Shown one piece after another: positions 61,747 through 64,000 of a stretch of 64,000 nucleotides of DNA (positions within the stretch are counted from its first letter, which is position 1; the number at the start of each line of letters is the position of its first letter). A program made the translations under genes and the position numbers. The stretch covers positions 2,232,001 through 2,296,000 of the forward strand of contig OZ037833.1 in the NCBI GenBank assembly GCA_964035575.1. The letters are read 5' to 3'. This DNA is from Rhynchopus sp. YZ270_cl-10. Its lineage: Eukaryota. Under the pieces are notes generated by a model. That model did not search any database and was not told the origin of the DNA. It was given only the letters and a program-made list of their open reading frames with translations.

Positions 61747-61953
61747 TGTTTCAGGTGAACCGCTCACCTGGATGTGTTGATATCTGGGTGTGGGTGAGTG
61801 TCTGGGTGGTGTAGTCGCAGGTTTTATTTGAAAAGAATGACCTTTTTTTTTTTTTTTGAATTTTCCTTCCCTACCACAGTATGACTTCGATAAACAACAA
61901 AACAGCAAAACGCAAACTTAAAGCCACCCTTTGACAACCCTTTGCACACGAAC

Positions 61954-62957
61954 TCAGTTCTCGCGCTCGGGGAGGCCAATGCTGCGCCTGATGCGGTTCA
62001 GCTTCTGGAGGGCGCGGTGCTTGCGCTGGGCCAGGGTGTAGGCGGTGTTGGCCTTGAGCTTGTAGCTGCGGGGCTTCTTGGCGTTCTTCTTGCGCTCGGC
62101 AGTGTTCTTGGTGGGGCACTTGGCCTTGGGGTCGGCGCGGATGGCCTTGTGCACTCCCAGGTACAGCTCCTCAAGGTCGTCAGCCGACACTCCAGCCTTG
62201 ATGTACTGGCTGAAGGACTTCTGGTACTTCTCGTGGTCCTCCTCCTCCATCTCCTCCATCCACTCCTTGACGTGGTCTCCGAGGATACGGGCACGGTGGG
62301 CCTCAGCGTCGAGCTCACCAGACGATGCGTCGTATCCAGAGAAACGCTTGTCGCTGTGGGGAACGTACAGTCCTCCGTCGACGGCTCCCTTCAGTGCCGC
62401 GAAGACCTTGTTTCCGACGGTGGTGTTGACAAGACCGATGTCGAGCATGGCCTTGAAGGGACGGCGGTCCTCGTCCTCCTTCAGCTCGAAGGACTCACCG
62501 GTCACCTCCTTGATTCCCTGTTGTGCACAATAAAATAGGGGAACACATTATAAAATATAAAATAAAGATGCGGAACACGAATATAAAAAAAACATACGGG
62601 GTACTTCTTGTCCAGTCCCTTCAGGGTGAGGATACGGCGGGCAAGGAGCAGACCGGTGCAGTAGGCAGCGGAGTAGTTGGTCAGACCGGTCTTGAGGCCG
62701 TACTCCTTCAGGTTGTGGGAGTAGGCAGACGCGTGGATGCGGTCTCCCTTCAGCTCGGCGGAGGCGATCTGGCACACGATGTCACGGTTGGTGATGCGGA
62801 CAATCATGCGGTACTTGGGGGTCTGGTACTTGTTCTTGTCCTGGGTGAGCATGCAACGACGCTGACGGTAGTCAGTCTTTCCCTCACGCCTCCTCCTGTA
62901 CTTGACCTGGTAACGCTTGAAGTAAGCATTGTTCTTCTGAACCTTGACGAAACCCAT
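61954..62957 (-). CDS. RPL5: 60S ribosomal protein L5 (uL18), 307 aa. Exons 62957-62598, 62517-61954
   Basis: [30 protein letters not shown]...[18 protein letters not shown]...[19 protein letters not shown]. Confidence 0.98.
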
Positions 62958-64000
62958 GGTGTTTGCTTTGTTATCTGGAATATGTTTGTTGGTTTCAAGA
63001 TTTACAAAATAGGCAAATGTTTGAAAATAAAACACCCAATTGTACCGTTCGGCTCTGCCACAACAGTTGCGTTTTTTCTGTCGTCATTTTTTTTGGGCGC
63101 CGTACTCTTTTTTTTTTTTTTGCATTTTTTTTTTCTTCAGTTGATGCACACTCTCTTCGTTGCGATAAGTATTCCTCTCCCCTCCCCCATCCGATTTGCT
63201 TTTGCCCAGATCTGCTTCCCTAGAACTGTCTCTCCCTTCTCTTCCCCCATGCAATTTGTATTTTGAGAGATAAGACCTTTCTCGTCAAACTCATGTGATC
63301 ATTTTTTTTCCATCGACAAAAAAAAAAAAAAAATCTCCCTCCTAGTTTCCCAGTAACAAGAATGTTGTAACAATTGTTGCAAACAACCCTTGACGATTTT
63401 TTTTTTTTATTATTGAATAACACCTTGTTTCTTCGAGTGAAGAGAGAAAAAAAAACAGAGTATAGGTGCTGAGTGGGGGTGGGATGGGGAATGAAAACGT
63501 TTTTTCGTGCCCAAACAATACACAACATGTTTTCTTTTCTTTTTTTTTTATTGTTTTGGTGAATTAGAAGCAGAAGCAAAATAGGGGGGAATGCTTCCTT
63601 CGGGGTTTCCCTTTTTTTTTTGCACCGAACATGATTGTTTACATCTCCGCACACCCCTTCACACACCTCGCCCAATTTCCCAGATAACCCCCTTCGTCCC
63701 CCTCTCCCCTCCCCGTTGTAACTTTTTTATACTTTGGCCTTTTGTTTTGCTATGTCTACAATCGCCTAAGTACCCACCTTGGTAGGTAAGTAGGGTCTGT
63801 ACTCAATGTTGTTTTCTTTTTTGCTTTTTTTTTGTTTTTGTTTTGTCTTTTTTTTTGGTTTTTGTTGGATCGACAATAGCCTACCTAGGTAGATTTTTTT
63901 TGTCGCTTTTTTTTGTCTTTTTTGTTTGTCATTTTTTTTTGTCACTCCTCTCGTATTCCTCTTCACGTCCTCCTCTCCCCTTCTCAAAAGGGAAACGAAG

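Overview
Eukaryotic (protist) nuclear DNA. Every credible gene is on the minus strand, with short GT-AG introns and pyrimidine-rich acceptors just upstream of several start codons. This suggests a co-directional, possibly trans-spliced gene cluster; a euglenozoan/diplonemid-like source is my inference only. The window is dominated by a ~6,265-aa RNF213/mysterin-like multi-AAA+ ATPase gene (10643-30032, 5 exons) carrying SPRY and PDZ modules but no recognisable RING or RZ finger. An apparently identical tandem copy lies 22,030 bp away (1-8002, truncated by the window edge), behind three perfect microsatellites. Other genes: a J-domain protein, a DEAD-box helicase, a Mid1/NALF-like protein, an unknown protein, an Asp/Asn beta-hydroxylase-like protein, a TPAPP-repeat surface protein, a double FkbM methyltransferase, a CFAP77-like protein and RPL5. 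Intergenic DNA holds nested or stacked non-autonomous DNA transposons that share a GNA-triloop hairpin cassette, plus several families of short conserved motifs and stem-loops that all share one orientation (candidate ncRNA, 3'UTR or retroposon-derived elements). All coordinates were read by eye.
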